IMG/VR virus record: IMGVR_UViG_3300009964_000015
From: a virus
Direction: 5' to 3' (one strand)
DNA length: 39,487 nt
In this document: piece after piece, positions 24,339-31,570 of the stretch
Layout: the number at the start of each line of letters is the position of its first letter
How positions within the stretch are numbered: position 1 is the first letter of the stretch
Translations under genes and position numbers: made by a program
Notes under the pieces: generated by a model
Seen by the model: only the letters and a program-made list of their open reading frames with translations
Told to the model about the DNA's origin: nothing
Databases searched by the model: none

Positions 24339-25466
24339 TTAAAAAATACTATCCAATTTCTTTACAAGTTTATCTTCCATATCTTGCGTTGTATGAGAAT
24401 AAATTTCGAGTGTCATTTTGGCATTTGCGTGCCCTACACGATCCATAATTGACTTAATAGGAAGACCAGCTTCTGCTAAAAACGAAATGTGAGAATGTCG
24501 AAACACATGGCTAGATAGATTTTTTTCTATTCCTACCATTGCGCCATATTTTTTTATAATTTGAATGAAAGATGCTAAAGTTATTGGACTATTCCAGATT
24601 TCAAAACAAAAAATATAATCATCTTTCGTTAATGGTTGAAAGCGTTCAGTAAGCCGTATTATTTGCCTTTTAATGGCTTCAAGCGCTGCTTCAGAGACCT
24701 GGATTGTTCTGATTGATTTTCTTGTCTTCGGGATTGTTTTTATCTTATGAATTGAATCAAAATTTCCTGCGATTTCAATTTTTTTATTTTGGAAATCAAT
24801 ATTTTTTAATTGAAGGCCTGTAAGTTCGCCATAGCGCATTCCAGTAAGAGCTAGAACAAGAACCATGTCAGCGTATTTCTCATTGAATTTTTTACTGTTC
24901 AATGAATCAACAAGTTGTTTAATCTCGTCCATTGTGAGGAATTTTTTGCGCTTTTGCTCAATACCTTCCACAGTCTCCAAAGGCTTTGGAATACTTGTAA
25001 AATTCACCTCGTTCTTATCGATATAAGAATATTTCAGAGCATACTCAAAGATAGTCTTTAACCTAATTCGGACTCTATTTGCCGTATGATAGGTTTTAGC
25101 TTCAAGAATTTTATCAAGCTTTTTTTGAACGAAACGTCTATCGATATTTATCAAAAGAATATCATCGTTTATTTTTTCTTTTATAACATTATCAATAAAT
25201 GAGTAAGAGTGCTTTGTTGATTCCTTAACTGTCTTTTCCCATTGTTGATAGAAAAGGTTGTAAATTTCCCCAAAGGTTATATTTTTTTCATTTTTAGTGT
25301 TTAGCTTTTTTTGTATCTTTTCTTGCAAGAGCAATGCCGCTTGATTTCTTGCCTGGGGTGTTTTTTTCTCCATCGTGACTGATACTTTTTTTAATTTCTC
25401 GGTGTACGGATCTTTGTATCGCTCAAAAAATTTATATTTTCCGTTTGGCAATTCTTCCATCCACAT
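24339..25466 (-). CDS. int: Tyrosine-type integrase
   Basis: C terminus HVFRHSHISFLAEAGLPIKSIMDRVGHANAKMTLEIYSH. Start MWMEELPNGKY at 25466 follows GTGAGG. The longer track ORF reaching 25562 is a spurious extension. Confidence 0.9.
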   Translation of the reverse strand: MWMEELPNGKYKFFERYKDPYTEKLKKVSVTMEKKTPQARNQAALLLQEKIQKKLNTKNEKNITFGEIYNLFYQQWEKTVKESTKHSYSFIDNVIKEKINDDILLINIDRRFVQKKLDKILEAKTYHTANRVRIRLKTIFEYALKYSYIDKNEVNFTSIPKPLETVEGIEQKRKKFLTMDEIKQLVDSLNSKKFNEKYADMVLVLALTGMRYGELTGLQLKNIDFQNKKIEIAGNFDSIHKIKTIPKTRKSIRTIQVSEAALEAIKRQIIRLTERFQPLTKDDYIFCFEIWNSPITLASFIQIIKKYGAMVGIEKNLSSHVFRHSHISFLAEAGLPIKSIMDRVGHANAKMTLEIYSHTTQDMEDKLVKKLDSIF

Positions 25467-25541
25467 TGATTTTAACCTCACTTTTTGATAAAATGAGTAT
25501 AGTAAAGAGGGCCATTTAATGCCTTTTACTATACATAATCT

Positions 25542-25586
25542 CCTCACGCTCAGAGTCGCCAAACATTGAGAGCGTGAGGCTTTTTT
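25542..25586 (+). terminator. Hairpin with a T-run only on the + strand, between the TM2 gene and int
   Basis: 10-bp stem CCTCACGCTC/GAGCGTGAGG with an 18-nt loop, followed by CTTTTTT on the + strand. Confidence 0.5.
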
Positions 25587-25602
25587 GTTAAATTAAACTG
25601 AA

Positions 25603-26067
25603 CTAAACAACAATTTTGCCATTTGCATCAGGTGTCTTGAATAAAGCTAGGACTCCTTGGAAAAAACCAAGGATAACAGAAATACCAGTTACGAGTAGAA
25701 GTAAGTAAAAAATCCCTTTACTGTTATATCCGGCATAAAAATGGTGCGCACCTAATCCACCGAAGAATATAGCTAACAAGACATAAACCCATTTATTTAC
25801 ATAATGCAATCCGTAAGCAGTCTGCTGAGTATTAACGACTTGCGACTGATTTTGGACAGCGTTATTTTCGTTGACGATATTGATGTTAATTTTATCATCT
25901 TTCTTCTGTTCTGTTTTAATAACGATTATTTCATCGTCAACTTTGTGGATTTCAACTTCATCCCCTAATTGCGGAACAAAGTTTAATTCAGATGGATTTA
26001 CTTTGATGTATTCTTCATTATGTGCGATAGTAACTTCTGTTCCAGTTACTTTGATAATTTTAGCCAT
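25603..26067 (-). CDS. TM2-domain membrane protein in the lysogeny operon
   Basis: NKWVYVLLAIFFGGLGAHHFYAGYNSKGIFYLLLLVTG matches the TM2 domain pattern. RBS GAAGGGAA. Confidence 0.75.
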   Translation of the reverse strand: MAKIIKVTGTEVTIAHNEEYIKVNPSELNFVPQLGDEVEIHKVDDEIIVIKTEQKKDDKININIVNENNAVQNQSQVVNTQQTAYGLHYVNKWVYVLLAIFFGGLGAHHFYAGYNSKGIFYLLLLVTGISVILGFFQGVLALFKTPDANGKIVV

Positions 26068-26086
26068 TTTATATTCCCTTCATTTT

Positions 26087-26467
26087 CTAATTTAATAATG
26101 CTAAATACTCTTCCTTAACCATGACCTCGTCGGCTATGGTTTTTAAATTATACTTTTCCATGAAGACAAGAAAATTAAAAGTCATCTTGTCTTCAGCCAC
26201 ATCTAATTCGGCTTTCATAAGATGATGAATCATGTTGCGGTTAGCTTCTAATTCGCATCTTTCTCTGAAATTTTGATAGATGTCTGGTGAGTGGTTCTTG
26301 TGAGCGATCTCATGTAATGCTACCTGAACTCTTTTGTCCTCTGATATAGCATCACTCAAAAACATTGTTTTTAAAGCAGGGATATAAAAGGCTTCGTCAG
26401 GAAATAAAAAATCCTCAAATATGTGAATCTTAATGCCTAAATTAAAGGCTAATTCCTTTTCTGTCAT
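26087..26467 (-). CDS. ImmA/IrrE-family zinc metalloprotease
   Basis: HEIAH motif (VALHEIAHKNH). Lies directly downstream of the XRE repressor. Confidence 0.8.
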   Translation of the reverse strand: MTEKELAFNLGIKIHIFEDFLFPDEAFYIPALKTMFLSDAISEDKRVQVALHEIAHKNHSPDIYQNFRERCELEANRNMIHHLMKAELDVAEDKMTFNFLVFMEKYNLKTIADEVMVKEEYLALLN

Positions 26468-26474
26468 AGTTTAT

Positions 26475-26831
26475 TTATCCTTTACGTAGATAAATTTCAA
26501 TAATGTTCTGGATCGCTTTCTTATCTTCGTCTGATAACGGCTTACCATTAAAGCGCATAGCAGTTGAAGCGAGTTGCTCAACATCTACCTCTTTGCCTTC
26601 GAAGAAGAATTGTTCTTTATCAGCTATTGCAGGGTTATCCGTTCTGCCGAGCAAGTAGTCAGTGGACACATTGAAGTAGTCAGCGATTTCTTGTAATCTG
26701 TCTGATTTAGGAGTTTTTTCTTTCAAAGTATAAAGGTAATTTATACTATAACCTAAATCTTCAGCGACTTTTTGAAGGCTTATTCCTCGTTTTAGAGCGA
26801 GTTCCTTAATTTTTTCAAGTGTTGAAAACAT
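26475..26831 (-). CDS. XRE-family CI-like repressor
   Basis: HTH LALKRGISLQKVAEDLGYSINYLYTLK. The ATG at 26831 lies 8 nt after AAGGTG. Confidence 0.85.
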   Translation of the reverse strand: MFSTLEKIKELALKRGISLQKVAEDLGYSINYLYTLKEKTPKSDRLQEIADYFNVSTDYLLGRTDNPAIADKEQFFFEGKEVDVEQLASTAMRFNGKPLSDEDKKAIQNIIEIYLRKG

Positions 26832-26878
26832 TGTCATATCACCTTTTCTAAGACATGACAAAAAATATTTTATAAAAA

Positions 26879-26909
26879 AGTGTTATTTCCTATTGACAAA
26901 AATAACACT
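26879..26909. promoter_or_regulatory. Candidate operator: 10-bp inverted repeat AGTGTTATTT-N11-AAATAACACT straddling a -35 box
   Basis: The arms are perfect reverse complements at 26879-26888 and 26900-26909. Confidence 0.55.
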
Positions 26910-26921
26910 AAAGTGTAAAAT
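26893..26921 (+). promoter_or_regulatory. Rightward promoter TTGACA-N17-TAAAAT
   Basis: -35 at 26893-26898, exact 17-nt spacer, -10 at 26916-26921. Confidence 0.6.
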
Positions 26922-26985
26922 AGTTTTTGTAAGTTAATGAGTTAGTAAAAAACGAAGTAAAACTTATCTAAAAACAAAAATAGCT

Positions 26986-27014
26986 TTGGCGAGCAAAAAA
27001 ATGATAGATATAAT
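26986..27014 (+). promoter_or_regulatory. Second possible rightward promoter TTGGCG-N17-TATAAT
   Basis: Consensus -10 at 27009-27014 and a 4/6 -35 at 26986-26991. Confidence 0.4.
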
Positions 27015-27043
27015 GTTTTATCAAGGTTTTTAATTATGCTTTC

Positions 27044-27072
27044 ATTTTACACCTTAGTATAAAAGTTGTCAA
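27044..27072 (-). promoter_or_regulatory. Leftward promoter TTGACA-N17-TAAAAT, on the minus strand and facing the rightward promoter
   Basis: The + strand shows ATTTTA at 27044-27049 and TGTCAA at 27067-27072, 17 nt apart. The 15-mer ACTAAGGTGTAAAAT is an inverted 14/15 copy of 26907-26921. Confidence 0.6.
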
Positions 27073-27128
27073 GCGTTTTATAAAATTTCTAACTCATTTT
27101 CTTACTTTTGAAGAAAGGAGGAAGATGG

Positions 27129-27356
27129 ATGTCAAAAAAAGAAGCGTCTCCAATGTCTTTAGAGAATCTAAAAAACGATATTCAAAGTTTTATTGAGAAG
27201 GTCGCTGATGAAGCTATTCAACAATCTGAGACTTACTCGCAAGCAATTTTGCTAGTTTCGAAAAACACTAGTTTTTTCAGAACATGGCTTAGCAATGACA
27301 AAAGCTATCCAAGACGAAATCACGAAACGCGCCTTGAATTGCAGAACAAAAAATGA
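27129..27356 (+). CDS. Hypothetical early protein (75 aa)
   Basis: The ATG at 27129 lies 7 nt after AAAGGAGGAAG. The track start at 27108 is TTG. Confidence 0.55.
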   Translation: MSKKEASPMSLENLKNDIQSFIEKVADEAIQQSETYSQAILLVSKNTSFFRTWLSNDKSYPRRNHETRLELQNKK

Positions 27357-27397
27357 GCCTATCTCTATACAGATAGATCCAGAAGAATTCAAGAATC

Positions 27398-27589
27398 TTA
27401 GCTATGAAGCCATTCATGATATTTCTCAAGTAACTCTATAGTAGTTATTGTAGAAATCAAACCACCGACCATCCCAAGTTGCAATCCGTCTGTATGGTCG
27501 ATTTGCTTAGTAGCTTCATTAGCTTTGGCAGCAATAGCTTGCATATCTTCGTCTGTTAAAGATTCTCGGAAATCTTTAAAGGATTTCAT
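27398..27589 (-). CDS. Hypothetical small protein (63 aa) with one hydrophobic segment, transcribed against the early operon
   Basis: Near-perfect RBS AAAGGAGGTGA 5-6 nt before the ATG, and its own extended -10 promoter. Confidence 0.65.
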   Translation of the reverse strand: MKSFKDFRESLTDEDMQAIAAKANEATKQIDHTDGLQLGMVGGLISTITTIELLEKYHEWLHS

Positions 27590-27612
27590 ATAATCACCTC
27601 CTTTCTAATTTC

Positions 27613-27621
27613 ATTATAGCA
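27613..27621 (-). promoter_or_regulatory. Extended -10 promoter TGCTATAAT for the 27398-27589 gene
   Basis: The + strand reads ATTATAGCA at 27613-27621. Confidence 0.5.
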
Positions 27622-27659
27622 GAAAGCGAGGAGAGAAAAAGAAAAGAAAGGAGAGAAAT

Positions 27660-27851
27660 ATGCCAAATATGGATGGTGGACGTCAAAAAATCAGAGATTA
27701 CCTAAAAGAACACAATCTGACGATGGCGACGCTAGCAGTACAGTATAGCATGACTCGTCAGGATGTAACGAATATCCTGAATGGAAAATTAAAAAATCCA
27801 CAAGCGAATCAGTTCATTGCTCGAGTTATTGAAGATTTTAAAATTCGGTAA
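27660..27851 (+). CDS. Cro-like HTH regulator
   Basis: KIRDYLKEHNLTMATLAVQYSMTRQDVTNILNGK is XRE/Cro-like. RBS GAAAGGAGAG. Confidence 0.7.
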   Translation: MPNMDGGRQKIRDYLKEHNLTMATLAVQYSMTRQDVTNILNGKLKNPQANQFIARVIEDFKIR

Positions 27852-27923
27852 CGCAAAAAGCACCTAAAGAAGTCAGGCGCTCAACAAAATATTCATCTAA
27901 AGTATAACACGAAAGGAGAAAAA

Positions 27924-28196
27924 ATGGAAGCAGTTGAAATTGTAAGAATTAAAGATGTGATCATTGAAAAAGTCTCTGCTAATGATGAAGAATTAGAACA
28001 CATCTTTGGATGCTCAAAGCGACAAGCGGGAGACATGAGACGCGAGATGAAGAAGCTACCTAGCCAACAGAAGCATCTTAGGAATGATGGCCAACTTGTC
28101 ACGATTAAAGGTTTTGATGCCTACCTGCAATACAGAGGCAGTCGAAATTGGAAAAAAGAAATGGTGAAAAGCAAGAAAATGAGGTCAGTCGGATGA
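27924..28196 (+). CDS. Hypothetical early protein (90 aa)
   Basis: RBS AAAGGAG. Basic C terminus. Confidence 0.55.
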   Translation: MEAVEIVRIKDVIIEKVSANDEELEHIFGCSKRQAGDMRREMKKLPSQQKHLRNDGQLVTIKGFDAYLQYRGSRNWKKEMVKSKKMRSVG

Positions 28197-28414
28197 ACCT
28201 ACTAACAAGAATTAAAAACTACTTTTCGGAAGAGGTCGAAGAAACCAATCTGGACTGGAGAGTGGTCGCTCTGGACCTCAATCAATCACTGATTGAAACA
28301 CAAGAAAAACTTCAAGAAGCGAATCAAGAAATTTACGACTTGAAGCGGGAGCTTGCTGCCTACAAGTACAAAGAAAACTTTGATATCAAGGCTAGACTGC
28401 AAGGAGAAGTGTAG
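28193..28414 (+). CDS. Hypothetical coiled-coil protein (73 aa)
   Basis: The ATG at 28193 follows GAGG and overlaps the upstream stop. Confidence 0.5.
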   Translation: MNLLTRIKNYFSEEVEETNLDWRVVALDLNQSLIETQEKLQEANQEIYDLKRELAAYKYKENFDIKARLQGEV

Positions 28415-28669
28415 ATGTACATTATATCGATTTATGTCAAGAATACTGAAACCGGGAACGAGGATTTCAGTATTATCGGAAGAGACTTTTTGCCAATCGG
28501 TGAACAAGATTATTCGGCTACTGTTTTCGAGACGAAAGAAGAAGCTATTGCTTATTTGAAATCAGCTTCATACGAAGCTGCTGGAGTTTATGGCAATGAC
28601 TGGGAATTTCAAGACAAGACTTCTTCTGGAGTAGAATCCCGTTGTCGAATTTGGAAAATCGGAGAATGA
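28415..28669 (+). CDS. Hypothetical protein (84 aa)
   Basis: Start abuts the upstream stop. Confidence 0.55.
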   Translation: MYIISIYVKNTETGNEDFSIIGRDFLPIGEQDYSATVFETKEEAIAYLKSASYEAAGVYGNDWEFQDKTSSGVESRCRIWKIGE

Positions 28670-28703
28670 AGAAAACAATTGAAATTTTAAAGGAGAATGC
28701 AAA

Positions 28704-28916
28704 ATGATGGAGTACATTTACCTGTTAACAATCGTAGGGATTGGACTATGGTCGCTAGTGAATACGCTGGATGACCACGCTGAAATGAAGCAAAAAGAGC
28801 GTCAGCAAATAGCTAACAATGTTGCACGTATGAACCTGGAGAAATCAGATAAGCAATTTACTTATGATGTGCAACCTCCGGAAGGACTTGCAAAAGGTGT
28901 AGAAGAAGGAGTTTGA
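28704..28916 (+). CDS. Hypothetical membrane protein (70 aa)
   Basis: RBS AAAGGAG. TM segment IYLLTIVGIGLWSLV. Confidence 0.55.
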   Translation: MMEYIYLLTIVGIGLWSLVNTLDDHAEMKQKERQQIANNVARMNLEKSDKQFTYDVQPPEGLAKGVEEGV

Positions 28917-28917
28917 A

Positions 28918-29148
28918 ATGGTCCGAAATAAATTGACAGATTTAACTAATACTCTCTTTGCCCAACTAGAAACATTGGATGATAGGGATCTTACTGCTGA
29001 TGAATTAAAGACCGAGCTTCAACGATCAAAACAGATGGTCGCAATCTCGGGTCAAATCCTACAAGCTGGCCAGTTGGCGCTAGATGCTGAAAAATTCAAA
29101 GACAAGGTAGGTGAAGTCAATGCCCCGATCGCTTTGCTGGAAGGATGA
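28918..29148 (+). CDS. Hypothetical protein (76 aa)
   Basis: RBS GAAGGAG. Confidence 0.55.
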   Translation: MVRNKLTDLTNTLFAQLETLDDRDLTADELKTELQRSKQMVAISGQILQAGQLALDAEKFKDKVGEVNAPIALLEG

Positions 29149-29875
29149 GTACACGGAGTACATGCATGAAATTTGCCATGGTCGATTAACTCCCGAAGTA
29201 ACCAGGTTACTAAATGAGAAATTTGGGACAAACTATACCAAGACTCAAATAGGCGGCGTACGCAAACGCCTTGGATTACCAGTTGGGGAAATCTATCAAG
29301 GTCGATTGCTGACGAGGGAGCAACATGATTATCTTGTGTCAATTCAAAAAAATAAGATTTCTCGTGATGTCGCAAATGAAATGAACCAAAAATTTGGATT
29401 ATCACTAACAGAGAAACAAATTAAGAGTTATCGAAGAAATAATAATCTACATAGTGGTTTGACAGGAAGATTCGAGAAAGGTCAGACCCCTCACAATAAG
29501 GGGAAGAAATACCCAAATATGCCAAAAAACAGTTGGCAGTTCAAAAAAGGTAATAGACCTCCGAATTATGTACCTGTCGGTACTATCAACTACACAACAG
29601 ACGGTTATCCGAAAGAAAAGATTGGAGAACCTAATCGATGGGTTTTGAAACATCGTAAAGTGTGGGAGGACCATCACGGGCCGATACCAAAAGGGTATTC
29701 TGTCTGCTTCCTGGACAGAAATAAGACCAATTATGATATCTCTAACCTTATTCTTTTATCGAATGAAGAACTTGCTCGAATGAATCAGAATAATTACTTT
29801 AGTTCAGATCCGGAATTGACTAGGTTAGGAGCAGGTATCACAAAATTAAGTAGAAAAATAAAACAACAGGAGTAA
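29120..29875 (+). CDS. HNH_3-type homing-endonuclease-like protein with two N-terminal HTH-like repeats
   Basis: WVLKHRKVWEDHHGPIPKGYSVCFLDRNKTNYDISNLILLSNEE, plus GQTPHNKG and GNRPPNY motifs. The GTG at 29111 is an alternative start. Confidence 0.7.
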   Translation: MPRSLCWKDEYTEYMHEICHGRLTPEVTRLLNEKFGTNYTKTQIGGVRKRLGLPVGEIYQGRLLTREQHDYLVSIQKNKISRDVANEMNQKFGLSLTEKQIKSYRRNNNLHSGLTGRFEKGQTPHNKGKKYPNMPKNSWQFKKGNRPPNYVPVGTINYTTDGYPKEKIGEPNRWVLKHRKVWEDHHGPIPKGYSVCFLDRNKTNYDISNLILLSNEELARMNQNNYFSSDPELTRLGAGITKLSRKIKQQE

Positions 29876-29878
29876 CAA

Positions 29879-31204
29879 ATGGTAACAATCAACAAACTGG
29901 AAATTGAAAACGTCAAGCGCGTTAAAGCGGTCAAGCTAGAGCCTTCTGCAACTGGATTGACAATCGTGGGTGGAAATAACAATCAGGGTAAAACAAGCGT
30001 GCTGGACGCGATTGCTTGGGCGCTAGGAGGCAACAAGTACAAACCTAGCCAAGCTCAGAGAGAAGGCAGTACAATCCCGCCGAGCTTAAAAATCACGCTA
30101 TCAAACGGCTTGATTGTGGAGCGCGGTGGTAAGAACAGTACTCTCAAGGTCATTGACCCGAGTGGTAACAAGGCTGGTCAAAACTTATTGGATAGCTTCG
30201 TGGAAGAGCTGGCTATCAACTTGCCAAAATTCATGGAGCAGACTAGCAAAGAGAAGGCTAAAACTCTGTTGCAGATTATCGGAGTTGGTCCGCAATTGGC
30301 TGAACTGGAAATGCAGGAAAAAGCCAAGTACGACGAGCGCCATGCAATCGGCGTGATTGCTGACCAAAAGGAAAAGTTCGCGAAAGAACAACCGTACTAT
30401 CCAGATGCGCCGAAAGAACTAGTCTCTATCTCTGAGCTTATCCAACAACAACAGGCCATCCTTGCTAAGAATGGCGAGAATGCTCGTAAGCGTCAGAACT
30501 TAGTATCTATCCGGAGTCAACACGCTTCAGCAACTGCAGAGGTTGAACGATTGGAGCAATTGCTGGCCGATGCCAAAGAAAAAGAAAGTCAGTTAGCTCA
30601 AGACTTGGCTATCGCAAATACCGATGCCATGGATCTTCTCGATGAATCAACTGAGGAGATTGAAAACAACATCGCAGAGATTGACGAAATTAATCGTAAA
30701 GTGCGTGCTAATCTGGACAAGGATAAAGCAGAAGAAGATGCCAAGGGTTATCGTGAACAATACAAGGAACTTGATAATGTGATTGCTGATATCCGCAAGC
30801 AGAAGACAGACTTGCTTACAAATGCAGACTTGCCGTTACCTGGTTTGTCCGTGGATGATGGCGAATTGCTCTATCTTGGCCAGCGCTGGGATAACATGTC
30901 TGGTAGTCAACAACTGCAAGTGGCGACTGCAATCGTGCGCAAATTGAAGCCAGAATGTGGATTTGTCTTGATTGACAAGCTGGAGCAAATGGATCAGCAG
31001 ACCTTGCAAGAATTTGGCGCATGGCTTGAACAAGAAGGTTTGCAAGCAATCGCGACACGGGTATCAACAGGAGACGAATGTAGCATCCTGATTGAAGACG
31101 GGTATAGCGTGAAGCCGGAAAAATTTGTTTCTGCTGCTCAAAACGGTTTAGTAAGTGGGGCAGCAAACGCTGCAGCATCGGCTACATGGCAAGGTGGATT
31201 TTAA
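29879..31204 (+). CDS. SMC/Rad50-like ATPase (AAA_23-type)
   Basis: N terminus INKLEIENVKRVKAVKL...GGNNNQGKTSVLDAI (Walker A), a central coiled coil and a C-terminal Walker B-like FVLIDKLEQMD. Confidence 0.7.
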   Translation: MVTINKLEIENVKRVKAVKLEPSATGLTIVGGNNNQGKTSVLDAIAWALGGNKYKPSQAQREGSTIPPSLKITLSNGLIVERGGKNSTLKVIDPSGNKAGQNLLDSFVEELAINLPKFMEQTSKEKAKTLLQIIGVGPQLAELEMQEKAKYDERHAIGVIADQKEKFAKEQPYYPDAPKELVSISELIQQQQAILAKNGENARKRQNLVSIRSQHASATAEVERLEQLLADAKEKESQLAQDLAIANTDAMDLLDESTEEIENNIAEIDEINRKVRANLDKDKAEEDAKGYREQYKELDNVIADIRKQKTDLLTNADLPLPGLSVDDGELLYLGQRWDNMSGSQQLQVATAIVRKLKPECGFVLIDKLEQMDQQTLQEFGAWLEQEGLQAIATRVSTGDECSILIEDGYSVKPEKFVSAAQNGLVSGAANAAASATWQGGF

Positions 31205-31223
31205 AAACTAAAGGAGAACAATC

Positions 31224-31568
31224 ATGAAAAAAACAGAAACTTTTATTGTATTTCGTAACAAAAAAACAGGTGACTTTTTATCGAAATATAAAAGCAAAGA
31301 ACAAACTCTTGCTTATTCAGCAGAATATACAGAAAAATTGAAACGTGCTGCTAAAAATGAAGTTGAAGCGACAAAAGTACAAATTGAAGATTTTACAAAA
31401 CTAGCGAATGCATTAAATTGTGAATTGCTCGAAGTGACTGCAACGTATGAGCTTAAAACACTTGACGGTGAAGAACCGGAAGATTTAACAGACAAAACCG
31501 AGAATTCAAAATCTGAGTCGTTCAAAAAGTTTCTTGTTATGTTGGCAAATGGATTGGAGGATGACTAA
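31224..31568 (+). CDS. Hypothetical protein (114 aa)
   Basis: RBS AAAGGAG. Confidence 0.55.
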   Translation: MKKTETFIVFRNKKTGDFLSKYKSKEQTLAYSAEYTEKLKRAAKNEVEATKVQIEDFTKLANALNCELLEVTATYELKTLDGEEPEDLTDKTENSKSESFKKFLVMLANGLEDD

Positions 31569-31570
31569 AC

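Larger units (their letters stand above)
24101..24340. other. Candidate attP region next to the integrase gene
   Basis: Two families of short direct repeats flank a central 12-bp-stem hairpin. The region is non-coding and abuts the int stop codon. Confidence 0.5.

Noticed and set aside
25467-25562. N-terminal 32-aa extension of the integrase ORF (MATLSVRRLCIV...).
   Set aside because: The extension runs through the 25542-25586 hairpin and has no RBS. The internal start MWMEELPNGKY has a GTGAGG RBS and a TATACT -10 upstream, and it matches the usual integrase N terminus.
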